Positions 35,751 through 50,049 are shown, counted from the first letter of the whole stretch. The stretch is DNA of 59,854 nt, filler included, from Callorhinchus milii (GCF_018977255.1; 2 parts of 2 records of this genome joined end to end with filler, not necessarily neighbours in it); one strand, 5' to 3'. Notes: generated from the letters alone by a model not told the origin. Made by a program: numbers and translations.

Positions 35751-37049
35751 AACCCTTCAGGATTCAACAAGAATGGTTCGAGAGGGGAATGGTTTAGGGT
35801 GGGGATTGGTATGAGGGGTGGGTGGGGGTGGGGAAGTGTTGTGTTGCCTGAGGTGTCGTCCTTCAGTTGGGAAGTTAACCCGAGCCTATGGATGATTCAC
35901 ATTTCTCCCCATTTCACGTCCTAACACCTCCCTCCCCCCCTCTTTCTCTCCCCGATATCCTCCTCCCCCATTCCTCCCCTCACCACACCCCCTCCGCCTC
36001 CGCTCAGCTAATGCAGACTTACTGCACCCCTCAAACCCCCTCGTCTCTCCACCTTTTTTCTCTTGCACATAAAATCTGGGGAAAGTGAGCTGGTTGGTAG
36101 CTCTTACAAAAAGCCGCACAGGCCTCTAAATGGCCTTCTACTGTGAAATGAAAACTGAAGGGTTTTTAGTTGAAAGTGGAGGAACCCAAAGATATAACAT
36201 CACGAGCAGAGATTGACGATGTGAGTCAGGAGAAGCCGCTGCAGGAAATGCTTGTCCAGTGACTGGGAGACAGCAGCTCATATCGTCCTCAGCCAGAGAG
36301 CAGTCATCTCAACACTCCCTCCTCGCCCGCAATCACAGACACCCAGCAAACCCAGATCATTCATAGATTTACAAAGGACCAATCCGTGTCGGTGTTTATA
36401 CTTCAAATTTGCCCCTTTTGAGCCCTTGCTTACTCCCCCACCCCCACTGGGGCCATCTTGGTTAACCCCAACTACCTGCTCTTTCATATGAATATAAGAA
36501 AGCAGGATAAGGCCATTCAGCCCACTCAGCCTGTTCCACCAGTCTTTTAGACATTTTAATCCCAATGTTCTGTCCTTCCCCCCACCCTTTAATACAACCA
36601 CAATTTGCATTTATACAGCGTCTTTCACATCGAGAGCACGTCGCAAGGTAATACCTCTATTACCCAAGTCTCTGTCTTCCTCTCTTTTAACCATCCTTTT
36701 TGATCCCATCTCCACAGGTTTCCTTCTTCTCTGTGTGAGGAAGTACTTGCTGACCTTGGTCGTGTTTCTCAGTTTAAGTCTCTGCTTTTATAAAAATGTT
36801 CCCTCCAGTATCTAACCTGTCGATTCCTTTCACTATTTTAAACTCCTCAATCAGATCACCTTTAGCCTTCTCCATTCCGCCATCGGCAGCCACTGTGCCC
36901 CATACCTCATGTCACTCCCTACCTCCGCCTCACCTCCTCTTTACTTGTCTTCAGATCACGCCTGAAGAACTTCCTCTTTGACTGTGCCTACAGTCACCTC
37001 CCACCCCCACTTACATTAATAATGGTGCTATATAAATGTAAGTTGTTGT

Positions 37050-37378
37050 TATAATAATAATCCTTGCATTTGATACAACAAATGACATGTGTACAGCGCC
37101 TTTCAAGTCATCACGGCCCCAGAAACTGGAATATCAACCTGAGTTCGACACAACATAAACAGTTGTGGATTGAGTGACAAAATTATTTATTTTTTTTGGA
37201 TGAATAATTACCACCCGGAAAGTGATCCACCAATCGACTGACACCCGGGTTTCCACTCACTGCTGTAAACAGAGGGTATGGAATAAGGAAACTTACCTAA
37301 GGTTTCGCCCTGCCCAGGAATCGAACCCGGGTCCTCTCGCTTCAATGGAGAGGGCTCTAACTTCTACCTTACAGGACT
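37050..37378 (-). mobile_element. tRNA/L2-tail SINE
   Basis: Family head and body; altered tail region. Confidence 0.75.
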
Positions 37379-37526
37379 CCTCATTGTTTATATTCCACGA
37401 GTCTCCATCCACCAACTGTTTACCGTTTCCCATATCCTTCGATTCCCTTCACCCTTGTGAAAGTGAGTGCGCTAACCACCGAGCTCCAGGACGCTACCCT
37501 GTGTGAAGGGGGCTATATAAATGCCA

Positions 37527-38384
<858 letters not shown>

Positions 38385-39189
38385 TCGCTATGGGACTCCA
38401 CACATTGATCATCTCCCATCATTGACGAGAGAGAAAAGACCCTGTGACTCAGGCTGTGCCAGTCAGGGGTCAGGACCCGAGGGTGGGGGCAGATTGCCAT
38501 CGCTGCTCCTGGGGGAGGCCGTTCTAACCTCTCAGAGGCTTTGGGAACATGGGAGACATGGGAGAGAGTCAGACACCATGAGGATGAGGCTGGGAAAAGG
38601 GGAGGTGGAATTCTGGTATTTGAGGAGGAGGGAATGGTTCGGAAATGCCTATGTGGAGACCTGTAGTGTATTGCTTAGAGCACTGATTTGGTCACTCAAT
38701 CCACGACTATTTATGGGACACTGCGGTGTGCAATACGCTGCTGCATTTCACCCACAAAGTATACAGTGAATGCACTTTAAAGTATAGCGTGTGAAGCGCT
38801 TTGAGACGTCTTGAAGATGTGGTAAAGCGTTCATCAAATTGCAAGGATTCTTCTTCTTACATCACCAACTCCCAGGACTGAGATCACAGCTGCTGTTTAA
38901 ATAGCTCCCAGTTTCCTGGCCTCAGTCACCGTTCCCCCCTTTACTCAGGAAGAGTAACAAACAACAACAACTTGCACTTATGTAGCGCCCTCCACGCAGG
39001 GCAGTGTCTCAGGGCACTTAAACAGTAACAAATAAAAGGATTCACAGCAAAATAAGGCTCATTCCTCAACCTCTCAAACTGCCACACGTTTCTGAATTCA
39101 GGAGCCTATAGTGCAACGTATAACAATATTAATAATCCTTACACTATAGCACCTTATCTATAGCACTATAGCTGTGACCCCATCACCCC

Positions 39190-39652
39190 CACCCTTGCCT
39201 GACCCCATCACCCCACCCTCGCCCGACTCCATTGGCTCCCCATCCCCCAGAGAATCGAGTTCAAGATCCTCGTCCTCACCTTTAAGGCCATCCATGGCCT
39301 TTCCCTCTCCTCCCTCTCTGACCTGCTGACTCCCTACCAACCTGCCCGCTCCCTCCGTTCAGAGGACTCCGGCTGCTCCATGTCTCCCACCCGATCCCCC
39401 CACCATCGGTGGCCTCTTTGCCCCCACACTCTGGAACTCCATCCCACAGTCCCCTAGCCTCATTTCCTCCCTCGCCTCCTTCAAGGCCGGTCTCAAGACC
39501 CTCCTCTTCGATCGTGCCTTCGGTCGCCCTCCCACCTCTCTGCCTTCCCTCACCCCTCCCCCATGCTCGGGTCCTGACCCCTGACTGTTCAGCGCTTTGG
39601 GACGTCCTCCCCACGTGAAATGCGCTCTATAAATGTCATTTTGTTGTTGTTT
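39190..39652 (+). mobile_element. L2 LINE 3' fragment
   Basis: Same family as the 3' end of 47084-49752 (LHWLPIPQRIEFKIL...); (TTG)n tail. Confidence 0.85.
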
Positions 39653-40156
39653 TGTGTGTCGGGGGCAAGCTTCCCTTGACAGCCCATTGTGGCATCATTA
39701 GGCAATTTGGTTGCCAACCCTTAATTGAGGGAGCGGGTGCGATCGGAACGGGGTAAGTTGCTTTGCATTGTAAGCAGTTGGTTTCCCACTCGACTGAAAA
39801 TCACTGTGAAGCACAATCATTGACGCTCCAATGCCTCAAACTATTCAAGGCTCTAATTATTCCCAATTAATAGATTTAAAATAATTAATTTTAATTTCTC
39901 ACCACTGCTGCCAAAATGACTGACAATCTCAGGTCTGTGCAGTGGAGTTGGAATGGCCCCCAAAGCCCCATCACAGAAGAAATCAGTCCCATTCTTGTCT
40001 CTAACTTAAACGACTCAAATTACTTCAGGAAACTGTCACTGGCTGCAGTGGTTGTTTTTCTGCGCCCAACAAACAGCCTTGAGTTGAAAGAGTGATTAGT
40101 CTGGAGAATTGTCGGCCAGGACACCAGGGGATACTCCCTTCCTCCTTTCCTGTGCA

Positions 40157-40508
40157 GTCCTGTAGCTCAGTGGTTAGAGCACTCGTCTTGCAAGCGAGAG
40201 GACCTGGGTTCGATTCCAGGGCAGAGCAAAACCCGAGGCAAGTTTCCTTATTCCACACACCTGTTTACCAGCAGTCGGTAGGAACCCGGTTGTTAGTTGA
40301 TTGGTGGATCACTTTCTGGGAGTAAAAATCCCTCAAAAAAAATGTGGTCACTCAATTGATGACTTTGTGGGACACTGCTTTGAGCAATTGGCTGCTGCGT
40401 TTCACCCCCAAAATATAGTCAATTCACTCTTCAGTATATTCTGTGAAAATGACATCTTGATGATGTGATATAAGGCGCTATATAAAATGGAAGTTTTATT
40501 ATTATTAT
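40157..40508 (+). mobile_element. tRNA/L2-tail SINE
   Basis: GTCCTGTAGCTCAGTGGTTAGAGCAC...GGTTCGATTCC head, body, (ATT)n tail. Confidence 0.88.
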
Positions 40509-40861
40509 TCCAAGGAGTGTTACCGGATCTTTGATGCCCTCCATGAACAGACCCAGGCGCCTGGAGCCTTGGTTGAACGTCTCATCGAAAAGACGAACAC
40601 CAATAAGGTGATGTGATTGGCAAAGGAGTCAACCCTCCGCGGTGGTTTCTCTCGATAGGCCAGTGTTTGAGACAGGCACATGCACACTATCTCAGGGCAC
40701 TGCTGCTGACAGAGCAGCCAAACAGATGCTGTGAGTCCTGGTTGCCGACTATCACCGACCATCCAAAACAGACACAGCTCCACATATGTACACCACATGT
40801 ACATGGAAATATTTGTGTCTGGAAATTAAATGTGCACTTTCTCTTCCCCTCCCTTCCTGAG

Positions 40862-41190
40862 GGACGCCCCCTCCTTATCCAATTCCAGAGAGTTTTAGGC
40901 GCAGGTTGGCGAGAGCCAAGGCTTGGGGAGGACCCCAGAGTGTGTGTCGGGGTAACTGCTGGAGTCTAACCGGCTAAACCCACACAGCTTGGCCATTGCT
41001 ATCGCTGTCTGGCCAAGCTTTCCCGCTGCTTGTCCAGCGAGGACCCCCCTCCCCGTTAGGGCTTTGGCTGTGGGGTTAACAGGAGCTGAGGGGGAGGATT
41101 CCCGGCCCTCAGTGACTGGTCGGCCCTTCCAGGTCCTGCTGATGAGCCGGGCCGGGCCGGGCCGGGCTGGCACCTGCTGATGGGGCACCT
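40862..41190 (-). repeat. Unclassified structured repeat, copy 3
   Basis: Reverse complement of ~33290-33620. Confidence 0.75.
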
Positions 41191-41342
41191 GAGTGCTCTC
41201 TTTCTGTGCTGAAAAATCAACAACAGCGCCTTCACACAGAGCATATCAGAGCTTGACAGTGGTGGAGCACGACACCGACTGGGGGGAGGGGAGGTGACCC
41301 TAAAAACGTCAAAGAGGAAGGTCTTCGGGCGCGACCTGAAGA

Positions 41343-41699
41343 TAATAGTAACAATCCCTGCATTTGATACAGTGCCTTATCATGTCTTTGAGACGTCTCA
41401 AAGCGCTTCACAGGATATTCTGAAAAGATATTTTGAGGGTGAAACCCGGCAGCCAATTGTGCACAGCAGCGTTACACAGTCGTGGGTTGAAGTGACCCAA
41501 CTATAATTATTTTTTAAAGGGGATTATTACCACGTGCAAAGGGGTCCACCAATCAACTAACAACCGGGTTCCTACTCACTGCTGGTAAACAGAGGTGTGT
41601 GGAGTGAGGAAACTTCTCTAAGGTTTGACCCCCCAATCGGGAATCAAACCCGGGTTCCCTCGCTTGTGAGGCGAGTGTCTAACCACTGAGCTACAGGAC
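41343..41699 (-). mobile_element. tRNA/L2-tail SINE
   Basis: Full-length family copy. Confidence 0.85.
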
Positions 41700-41906
41700 A
41701 AGATGGGGAAGGAGGGGGTAAGGCGGAAATTCTGGGCTTCTAATGACCACAACAGAGTGATACGGCAATCATTAATAACAGCGATGATTCAGCCCGGGGT
41801 GGGGAGGAGGGAGTGAGGGGGGGAGGAAGTCCTGACTCTGCTCAGTGCATATTCCCTCGATGGCTACACTTACACTTTGGTATCTTGTGCCATAACTAAT
41901 ATATGT

Positions 41907-42268
41907 AGTCCTGTGGCTCAGGGGTTAGACACTCGCCTCGCCAGCGAGAGGACCCGGGTTTGATTCCGGGCAGAGAGAAACCTGAGGTAAGTTTCCTCAC
42001 TCCACACACCTCTGTTTACAGCAGTGAGTGGGAACCCGGTTGATTGGTGGATCACTTTTCTGGAGATAATAATCCCTTAAAACAAATACTATCACTAATA
42101 ATAATTTGGTCACTCAATCCACGACTATTTGTGGGACGCTGCTGTGTACGATTGGCTGCCGTGTTTCGTCCACACAATACAGTCACTACACTTTACGGTA
42201 TATTCTGAGAAGCGATTTGAGACGTCTCAAAGGCGTTGTATCAAATGCAAGGATTATTATTGTTATTA
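41907..42268 (+). mobile_element. tRNA/L2-tail SINE
   Basis: Full-length family copy, head-to-head with the previous one. Confidence 0.85.
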
Positions 42269-42667
42269 TGGCAACTTTTAGCCGTACACTTTTGCATCCT
42301 CTGCTTTAATTAATATACAACCGGGAAAGAGCTGGGAGGAGGGTGTTGGAGAACTGAACAAATGAGAGACAAACCTACATTTTGTAGTCAGCATTTATAT
42401 ATCTGACCACAAACTGAGCATTATCCCCGGGGGGAAAGGAGAGAAAAACAACAAATTAACAAATCTGGCACAGCCGAGGATGAAAGAATTTCTGGATTGT
42501 GTTTTGGGAAATAAACAAAGCATTTATCTCCGCCCCATCCACTCTCTCTCACTGTGCACTGATCTTATAAACAAATCAGTCGACAAAGCAAATAAGTCAA
42601 TCGTCGAAACTGTACGATAATTTACATCCAATCTACAATTTATATCAATAAAGCACACGTGGATCTC

Positions 42668-42930
42668 TATAGCCCAGTGGTGAGAGCACTCGCCTCACAA
42701 GTGAGAGGACCCGGGTGTGACTCCCGGGCGGGAGAAACCTTGGGTGAGTTTCCTTACCCCACACCTCTGCTCACCGGCAGTCAGTAGGAACCCGGTTGTC
42801 AGATCACTTTTCCAGACGTAATCCCTTCATAAAAATAAACAAAATAATTCAGTCGGTGAATCCACAACTGTTTGTGGGACTCGGGTCCTCTCACTTGTGA
42901 GGCGACTGTCTGACCACTACACAACAGGAC
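42668..42930 (+). mobile_element. tRNA SINE, truncated, with a short inverted head at 42880-42930
   Basis: Family head and body followed by the reverse complement of the head. Confidence 0.65.
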
Positions 42931-43629
42931 CAGGTTTAACTAACGGCCACTGGAATCATACCACACCCCCCACACACACACACACTCACACTCACACACA
43001 CTCACACTCATACACTCTCACACACTCACTCACACTCACACACACACTCTCACACACACACTCTCTCACACACTCACACACACTCTCACACACACACTCT
43101 CACACTCACACACACTCTCTCACACTCACACACACTCACACTCTCACACTCACACTCCCTCCTCCCTCCCCCCCACTCTCCCTGGCGCTGTTCCAGGGTT
43201 TTCATGGTGTTAGTCTCGGGGTCGAGTTGTCAGAGAGCAGTGCCGCCTCAAACACTCACTCACACAGTGCGTAACCAGAGAGGAATAAATAGCTTTCGTA
43301 CTCACACTCACTCACTCACACTCACTCACTCTCACACACATGGATTCCTTTCCTCGCCTTTACTCTAAAGTCGTGGCTCACAATACCCCCAAATAAAACT
43401 CGTCATTGACTCCATGTGCACAAATTGGCTGCCGTGTTGGCCTACAGATAGACAGTCACTACACTTGCTCCTCCCCTCCTTCTGTGACCTTCTAACCCTA
43501 CGTCAACCTGTCCATTCCTCCCGCTCAGTGGGCTCCGGCCTTCTCCACGTCCCCCACCGGCCGCCCCACCATCAGCGGTCAGGCCTTCAGCCTCTCTGTC
43601 CCCACCGTTTGGAACTCCACCCCACAGTC

Positions 43630-43950
43630 GCTCCCCCTCACCCTCTTACCCCCACACTCTGCCCTCCACCCTCTTACCCCCACACTCTGACCTCCACCCT
43701 CTTACCCCCACCTTCTCCACTCTTACCCCCACACACTCTGCCCTCCACTCTTACTCCCACATACTCTGCCCTCCACTCTTACCCCCACCCTCCCTGCCCT
43801 CCACTCTCTTACCCCCACACACTCTGTCCTCCACCCTCCCTGACCTCCACCCTCTTAACCCCACCTTCCACTCTTACCCCCACACACTCTGCCCTCCACT
43901 CTTACCCCCACACACTCTGCCCTCCACTCTCTTACCCCCACCCCTCCTGA
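43630..43950. repeat. C-rich ~30-bp minisatellite within an L2 3' region
   Basis: (CTCTTACCCCCACACACTCTGCCCTCCAC)n. Confidence 0.8.
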
Positions 43951-44179
43951 TCTCAACCTCCAGCTTGGGTCCAAATCCCTGAGTGTCCAGCGCCTTGGGA
44001 CGTCCTCCCAACACACGGTGTCAATGTCAATGTCATTTGTTTCTGTTTGCAATAAAAATCCTGTGAAGCGTTTTGTGACGTCCGGACACACGACCAAGAT
44101 CTGAATATAACAATCCGAGCGTCTGGTCAACTACAACCCCCATCTCCACAGCCTGAGTGTTTGGCCCCCTCCCCTTCAA

Positions 44180-44470
44180 AGCTCTGCACCCCTGAGCTCT
44201 GCACCCCTGAGCACTGTACCCCTGAGCTCTGCACCAGTGAGCACTGTACCCCTGAGCACTGCACCCCTGAGCACTGTACCCCTGAGCACTGTACCCCTGA
44301 GCACTGCACCCCAGCACGTGAGCACTGCACCCTGAGCACTGACCCTGAGCACTGTACCCCTGAGCACTGTACCCCTGAGCACTGCACCCGTGAGCACTGT
44401 ACCCCTGAGCACTGCACCAGTGAGCACTGTACCCCTGAGCACTGTACCCCTGAGCACTGCACCAGTGAGC
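44180..44470. repeat. 15-bp minisatellite (CCCTGAGCACTGTAC)n
   Basis: About 19 tandem units. Confidence 0.92.
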
Positions 44471-44804
44471 AACACACAGATCGTGGCCTTAGGTTAAACG
44501 GTTACTATTATGGCTCTTCACTCTTCCCGCACAGACAGCACTTTCCATAAACACACAGTGTCCGTTGGGAGAAACCATTGTTACATTAAAAAGGAATATT
44601 ATTTCAGCTCCAGCACTTGGGCTTGTCACCAGGTCAGGGGAGTGAGGGCAATGCACTGAGGAGCTCCAAAAATAAGCACAGGAAAAGTGTAATAAGCAGA
44701 CGTCACCCCAGAGAGAACAGTTTCTGCAGCTAAAAATAAAAATGACTCTTGCAAGTTGATTTAGCGCCTAAAAATGTCAAAACTTCTCAAAATGCTTCAA
44801 AGGA

Positions 44805-45203
44805 TTCTTGTAGCTCAGGGGTTAGACTCTCGCCTCACAAGTGTGAGGACCCGGGTTTGATGCCCGGGCAGCGCAAAACCTTAGGCAACTTCCCTTGCTC
44901 CACACACCTCTGTCTCGCCAACGTGAAGGGCACTATACAAGTGTGAGTTGTTGTTGCTGTTGACCAGCAGTCGATAGGAACCCGGTTGTTAGGCGATTGG
45001 CAGATCGCTTTCCGGGGGTAACAATCCCTTCAAAAATAATAATTTAGTCACTCAATCCACGACTGTTTGAGGGGACGTCACTGTGACCAATTGGCTGCTG
45101 CATCTCACCCACAAAAGGTAGACAATTCACGTTGTAAAATCCTTCGAAACGTCTTAGAGACGTAATAAGGCGTTATATCAAATGCAAGGATTATTATTAT
45201 TAT
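44805..45203 (+). mobile_element. tRNA/L2-tail SINE with a short internal L2-tail insertion
   Basis: Family copy interrupted at ~44913-44962 by CGTGAAGGGCACTATACAAGTGTGAG(TTG)n. Confidence 0.75.
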
Positions 45204-45384
45204 TTGTTGTTGATTCATTTGTCAACAATAACAACACGTATTTACATATTGCCCTCACGCAGAGTAGTGGCCCAGAGCTTTAACACTTGATTCAGACAAT
45301 AATCCTGGCTGCTGTCGTCAAAGCAAAGAATCAAACAGTCCTGATGGTAATATCAGACAGACAGTTACCAGGGATGAGGATAAA

Positions 45385-45520
45385 TACCGCAGATGCTGAA
45401 AATCAGAAGTTGCTGGGAACACTCAGCAGGTCAGAGACATTGACCTGAAACGTTAACTTGCTTTCATTCTCTCCATAGATGCTGCCTGACCTGCTGTGTG
45501 TTCCCAGTGACTTCTGTTGT
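45385..45520. mobile_element. Short palindromic element, probably Penelope-derived
   Basis: Inverted arms CAGAAGTTGCTGGGAACACTCAGCAGGTCAG / CTGACCTGCTGTGTGTTCCCAGTGACTTCTG, with an internal GAAACGTT remnant of a hammerhead 3' core. Confidence 0.5.
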
Positions 45521-46007
45521 TGTTATCAGTGATGAGAGTTGCGGAAAGCAGGAGAAAAACTGGATTGAGTGAATGAATGAAGTAGAAACATTTTATTGAC
45601 GGTGTGCTTGTTCAGACGTGCCTCTGAGGGAAACCAAGATCCAATCAGCTGAACTGCGCGATGGTGGGTAACCTATAAACCCTTCACAATAGCCAGTGTC
45701 TGGGGTTCACTGGTCCTGTTAGCGAATGTTGATCCCAAATCTGCACAGCCTACAGTTAAAGGAACAATCTCCTGTATAGTGAGTGGAGGGAGTTAGTTTC
45801 CCTGTGTGGGGAGTCCCCTCCATTCATGCCAAACAGCTAACGGTTTTTATTCAGACACATCCCTCACAAAGTGCACTTGTAAAAGGCTAAATCTACGTGT
45901 TCGGGACCTATTTACATGGAGCAGTTATACAGTATGTGCACAGTTTTATTTAACAAAGAGCATTTCCTTGTGAAGAGAAGGTGAATAACATAACAGGTCT
46001 GTGCCCC

Positions 46008-46217
46008 TCAGTGTGACTGCTCAACACTGCTCTCCATTGAACTGGGCTCCGTGCCCTCCTCATTGCTGCTGTCCACATCGTGATCCATGGCTGAATACTG
46101 CACAGATTCCTCCTCAGCCAGTCTCTGGCTGGTGAAGTCAGTGATGTCCAGCAGCCCACTGGGCTCCACCACCACATTGGAGCTGGATTGGCTGGGGATC
46201 GAATACTGAGGTATAGA
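46008..46217 (-). CDS. EMSY: EMSY transcriptional repressor (BRCA2-interacting), last coding exon
   Basis: Polypyrimidine-TAG acceptor, then SIPQYSIPSQSSSNVVVEPSGLLDITDFTSQRLAEEE...MDHDVDSSNEEGTEPSS...*, matching the recalled EMSY C-terminus; AATAAA downstream at ~45945, ~45845 and ~45592. Confidence 0.92.
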   Translation of the reverse strand, partial: SIPQYSIPSQSSSNVVVEPSGLLDITDFTSQRLAEEESVQYSAMDHDVDSSNEEGTEPSSMESSVEQSH

Positions 46218-46399
46218 CTAGAAAGGGAAACACAGAGAGGATCAAATTCAGTGCGTTCTCACCCCACCACCATCCAACAACAACAACAAATGACATTTAC
46301 ACAGCGCCTTTCACATCTGGAGGACATCCCAAGACGCTGCACGGGCCAGGGATCCACAATCAATCAGGAGTGGTGGAGGGAAGGGAGGTAGGAGGGTGA

Positions 46400-47083
46400 C
46401 TGAAGGCACTGTCAAAGAGTGATGCATTTTGTGAGGAAGAATGAGGAGAGACAATATAAACCGATGGTACAATCTTAAAGGGGTGAAGGGACAGAGAGAC
46501 CTGGGGGTCATATAGTAAACCTTTGAAGATGGCGGACAGGCAGATAAAGCTGTTAAAAAGCATCCGGGACACGAGGCTTTATAAATAGGCCATAGAATAC
46601 ACAAGTCAGGAAGTTATGATGAACCTTTATATAAAACACTGGTTGGGCCTCAGCGAGAGACTGTGTTCAGTTCTGGGCCCCACACTTAGGAAGGATGTCA
46701 AGGCATTGGAGAGGGTGCAAAGGAGATTGACCAGAATGGTACCAGGAATGAGGGGCTTCAGTGATCAGGAGAGGTAGAGAAGCCAGGATTATTCTCCTTG
46801 GGGCAGAGAAGGTTAAGAGGAGACTTAATAGAAGTTTTCAAAATTATGAGGGGATTCGATAGGGTGAACAAAGAGAAACTATTCCCACTGGCGGGTGGGT
46901 CGGTAACCCGAGGGCACCGATTTAAAACAGTTGTTAAAAGAAACAGAGGGGAGGGGAGGAGAAATGTCGTTACACAGCGAGTTGTTGGGATCTGGAATGC
47001 ATTGCCTGAAAGGCCGATGGGAACCGATTCAATATCATTTTTAAGGGAGAAGTAGATAATTATTTGGGGAGGACAAGTTTGCA
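46400..47083 (+). mobile_element. CR1 LINE 3' part (continues at 49760-49987)
   Basis: QRRLRGDLIEVFKIMRGFDRV...TRGHRFK...TQRVVGIWNALP motif. Confidence 0.88.
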
Positions 47084-49752
47084 ACAACAACAACAAGATT
47101 CCATTTATAAAGCGCCTTTCACGTCAGGAGGACGTCCCAAGGCGCTGCACAGTTGGGTCATGACCTGAGCAGGGGGGAAATGGTCAGGGTGAGGGGAGGG
47201 AAGGGAGGGAGCGAGGAGAGGGGAAATGGTCAAGGTGAGGGGAGGGAAGGGAGGGAAGCGAGGAGAGGGGAAATGGTCAGGGTGAGGGGAGGGAAGGGAG
47301 GGAGCGAGGAGCGGGGAAATGGTCAGGGTGAGGGGAGGGAAGGGAGGGAGCGAGGAGGGGGGAAATGGTGAGGGGAGGGAAGGGAGGGAGCGAGGAGGGG
47401 GGAAATGGTCAGGGTGAGGGGAGGGAAGGGAGGGAGCGAGGAGGGGGAAGAGAGTCCAGAGGGGAGCTGAAGGCTCGGTCAAAGAGAAAGGTTTTGAGAC
47501 CGGCCTTGAAGGAGGAAAGGGAGGAAGCGGCGAAGGCACTGGGGATGGAGTTCCAGAGCCTGGGGGCTGAGAGGCTGAAGGCCCGACCACCGATGGTAGG
47601 GCGGTTGGGGCGGGGGACGTGGAGCAGACCGGAGCCAGAAGATCGGAGGGTACGGGCAGGTAGGTAGGGGGATAGTAGGTTGGAGAGGTAGGAGGGAGCG
47701 AGGCCGTGAATGGCGTTGTAGGTGAGGATGAGGATCTTGAAATCAATCCTCTGGGGGATGGGGAGCCAGTGGAGGCGAGCAAGGGTGGGAGTGATGTGGT
47801 CCCGAAGCCTGGTGCGGGACAGTACACGAGCTGCAGAGTTCTGAATGACCTGCAGTGTGGAGGGAGGTGGCGGGAAGGCCGACGAGGAGAGAGTTCCCAT
47901 AGTCCAGCCTTGAGGTGACAAAGGCGTGAACCAGGGTTTCAGCCGCGTGAGGGGTGAGGTAATGCCGTAGTCTGGCGATGTTCCGGAGGTGATGGAAGGC
48001 GGTGCCAGTTGTAGTGCGGATGTGAGGGAGAAAGGACAGCTCAGGGTCGAACAGAACCCCGAGGTTCCTGATGGCTTTGAGAGGTGGAGAGTGCGGCCTT
48101 GGATGCTGATGGTGTCAGCGCCTGAGGTGCGGAGGCGCTGACGTGAGCCAATCAGGAGGGCCTCGGTTTTTCGCACGTTGAGCTGAAGAAAGTTGTCTCT
48201 CGTCCAGGACTCGATGTCGGACAGACAGCTGTCAGGACATCGGTGGTCGTGGAGTTGAGGGTAGAGGAGGAAAGGTAGAGTTGGGTGTCATCCGCATACA
48301 TGTGGGAGTTAACTCCATGTCTGCGGATGATGTCACCACAGGGGGAGCATATAGAGGGTGAAGAGGAGGGGACCGAGGACAGAGCCCTGAGGGACACCAC
48401 ATGAGACAGTACGGGGGTGGAGGAGAAGCCATTCGTTGAGACAAAGTGAAGACGGTGAGAAAGGTACGACCTAAACCATTCAAGGACAGTGCCTTGAAGG
48501 TTGAGGTGGGAGGACAAGCGGTGGAGTAGGATAGCGTGGTCGACCGTATCGAATGCTGCCGATAGGTCGAAGAGGACGAGGAGGCAGAGGGAGCCCTGGT
48601 CACAGATGGTCAGGATATCATTGGTGACCTTGACCAGGGCGGTTTCTGTGCTATGGGCAGCACGGAAACCTGACTGAAGGGGTTCAAAAAGAGAATGGGT
48701 GGAGAGGAAAGAGCGCAGTTGGGAGGCGACAACTCTTTCCAAGACCTTGGAGAGAAAGGGGAGGTTGGAGATGGGCCGGTAGCTTGATAGCTGCGACGCA
48801 TCAAGGGAGGGTTTTTTCAGGGTGGGCGTGATGATGGCAGTTTTTAATGGAATGGGGACAGAGCCAGAGGAGAGGGACAGGTTGATGATGTCAGTGATAT
48901 GTGGGGCAAGAAAGTGGAGCTGGGAGATAAGGAGTGGAGTGGGGATGGGGTCAAGGGAGCAGGTGGTTGGTTTTAGGGATAGGATGAGTTCAGTGACAGA
49001 GGGTGGGGAAACGGGTACAAAAGTGAGTAGGGGAGGATGGGTAGGAGTCGGAGTGTGGGAGGGAAGGGGTGAGTGGTGGGTGGAAGTTGGAGGGGAAGTG
49101 AACGCGGAGCGGATTCCCTTGATCTTGGATTCAAGGAAATCCAGCATCTCCTCGCAGTGAAGATTGGAGGAGATGACCTGCGCGGGGTGGCGGGGGGACG
49201 GAGGAGTCGGGTTGTGGTGGAAAACAGTAGCCTGGGGTTGTTCTTCGCCTCCAGGATTATCCTGGAGTAGAAGGACGACTTGGCCGAGGCTAGAGTGGAG
49301 CGGTAAATTTTGAGGAGGTCCACCCAGATTTGTCGGTGGACCGTTAGGCCAGATTTGACACAGGTGCGTTCAGCGGCCCGCACCTGGCTTTTCAGTGAGC
49401 GGAGGTGGGTGGTGTACCAGGGGGAGGAGCGGGAGTAGGAGACAGTGCGGGAAGTGATGGGGGCAAGAGTATCGAGTGTGGAGGAGAGGGTATTGTGGTG
49501 GAGGGAGAGAGGAGAAGAAGTGTCGGTGAGGGTTGAAGGCCAGAGGGAGAGGAGTTTAGAGGACTCCAAGGCATCGGTTAGGGATTGTGGGGGTAACTTC
49601 TTCCAAGGGCGGTAGAAGATGGTGGTGGGTCTGGTGGAGGTGGGGAGGGGGGTGGAGGTGGTGAAGGAGATGAAGTAGTGGTCGGAGATGGCCTTGTCGG
49701 TAATAGTGACATCCGAGACACTGAGGCCCCGGGTGATCACCAAATCGAGTGG
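47084..49752 (-). mobile_element. L2 LINE, 5'-truncated (endonuclease end, RT, 3' UTR), frameshifted
   Basis: DLVITRG/SDHYFISF, YRPISNLPFLSKVLERVV, QSGFRAAHSTETAL, DLSAAFDTVDH, MYADDTQLY, LHWLPIPQRIDFKIL; (TTG)n tail; TSD GTTTGCA at 47077-47083 and 49753-49759. Confidence 0.93.
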
Positions 49753-49759
49753 GTTTGCA

Positions 49760-49987
49760 GAGCTATGGGGAGAGAGTGGGGGAGTGGGGTTGATCAGGGC
49801 TATGGGGAGAGAGCGGGGGAGTGGGGCTGATCAGGGCTATGGGGAGAGAGTGGGGGAGTGGGGTTGATCAGGGCTATGGGGAGAGAGTGGGGGAGTGGGG
49901 TTGAATTGGACAGATCTTTTCAAACAGCCGGCAGACACCATGGGCCAAATGGCCTCTATGCTGTATAATTCTATTATTCTATGATCT
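49760..49987 (+). mobile_element. CR1 3' UTR with 36-bp tandem expansion and ATTCTATG tail
   Basis: Continuation of the CR1 split by the L2 insertion. Confidence 0.8.
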
Positions 49988-50049
49988 CGGTTCATATGCT
50001 GACGTGCATGTTAACAATGCCAGTCGATCATTCCTTTGCTGTTCTGCAA

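Noticed and set aside
40157..40230. tRNA gene (also 56762-56835 and similar heads)
   Set aside because: Each continues into the shared SINE body and L2-like tail, with no poly-T terminator.
40975..41150. HDV-like or hammerhead ribozyme in the structured repeat (TCCTCGCTGG; CTGATGAG at ~41139)
   Set aside because: Could not place P1, P2 and the catalytic C for an HDV fold, nor a GAAA closing stem II for a hammerhead.
44161..44550. (EHCTP)n ORF resembling a metal-binding repeat protein
   Set aside because: 15-bp minisatellite open in multiple frames on both strands.
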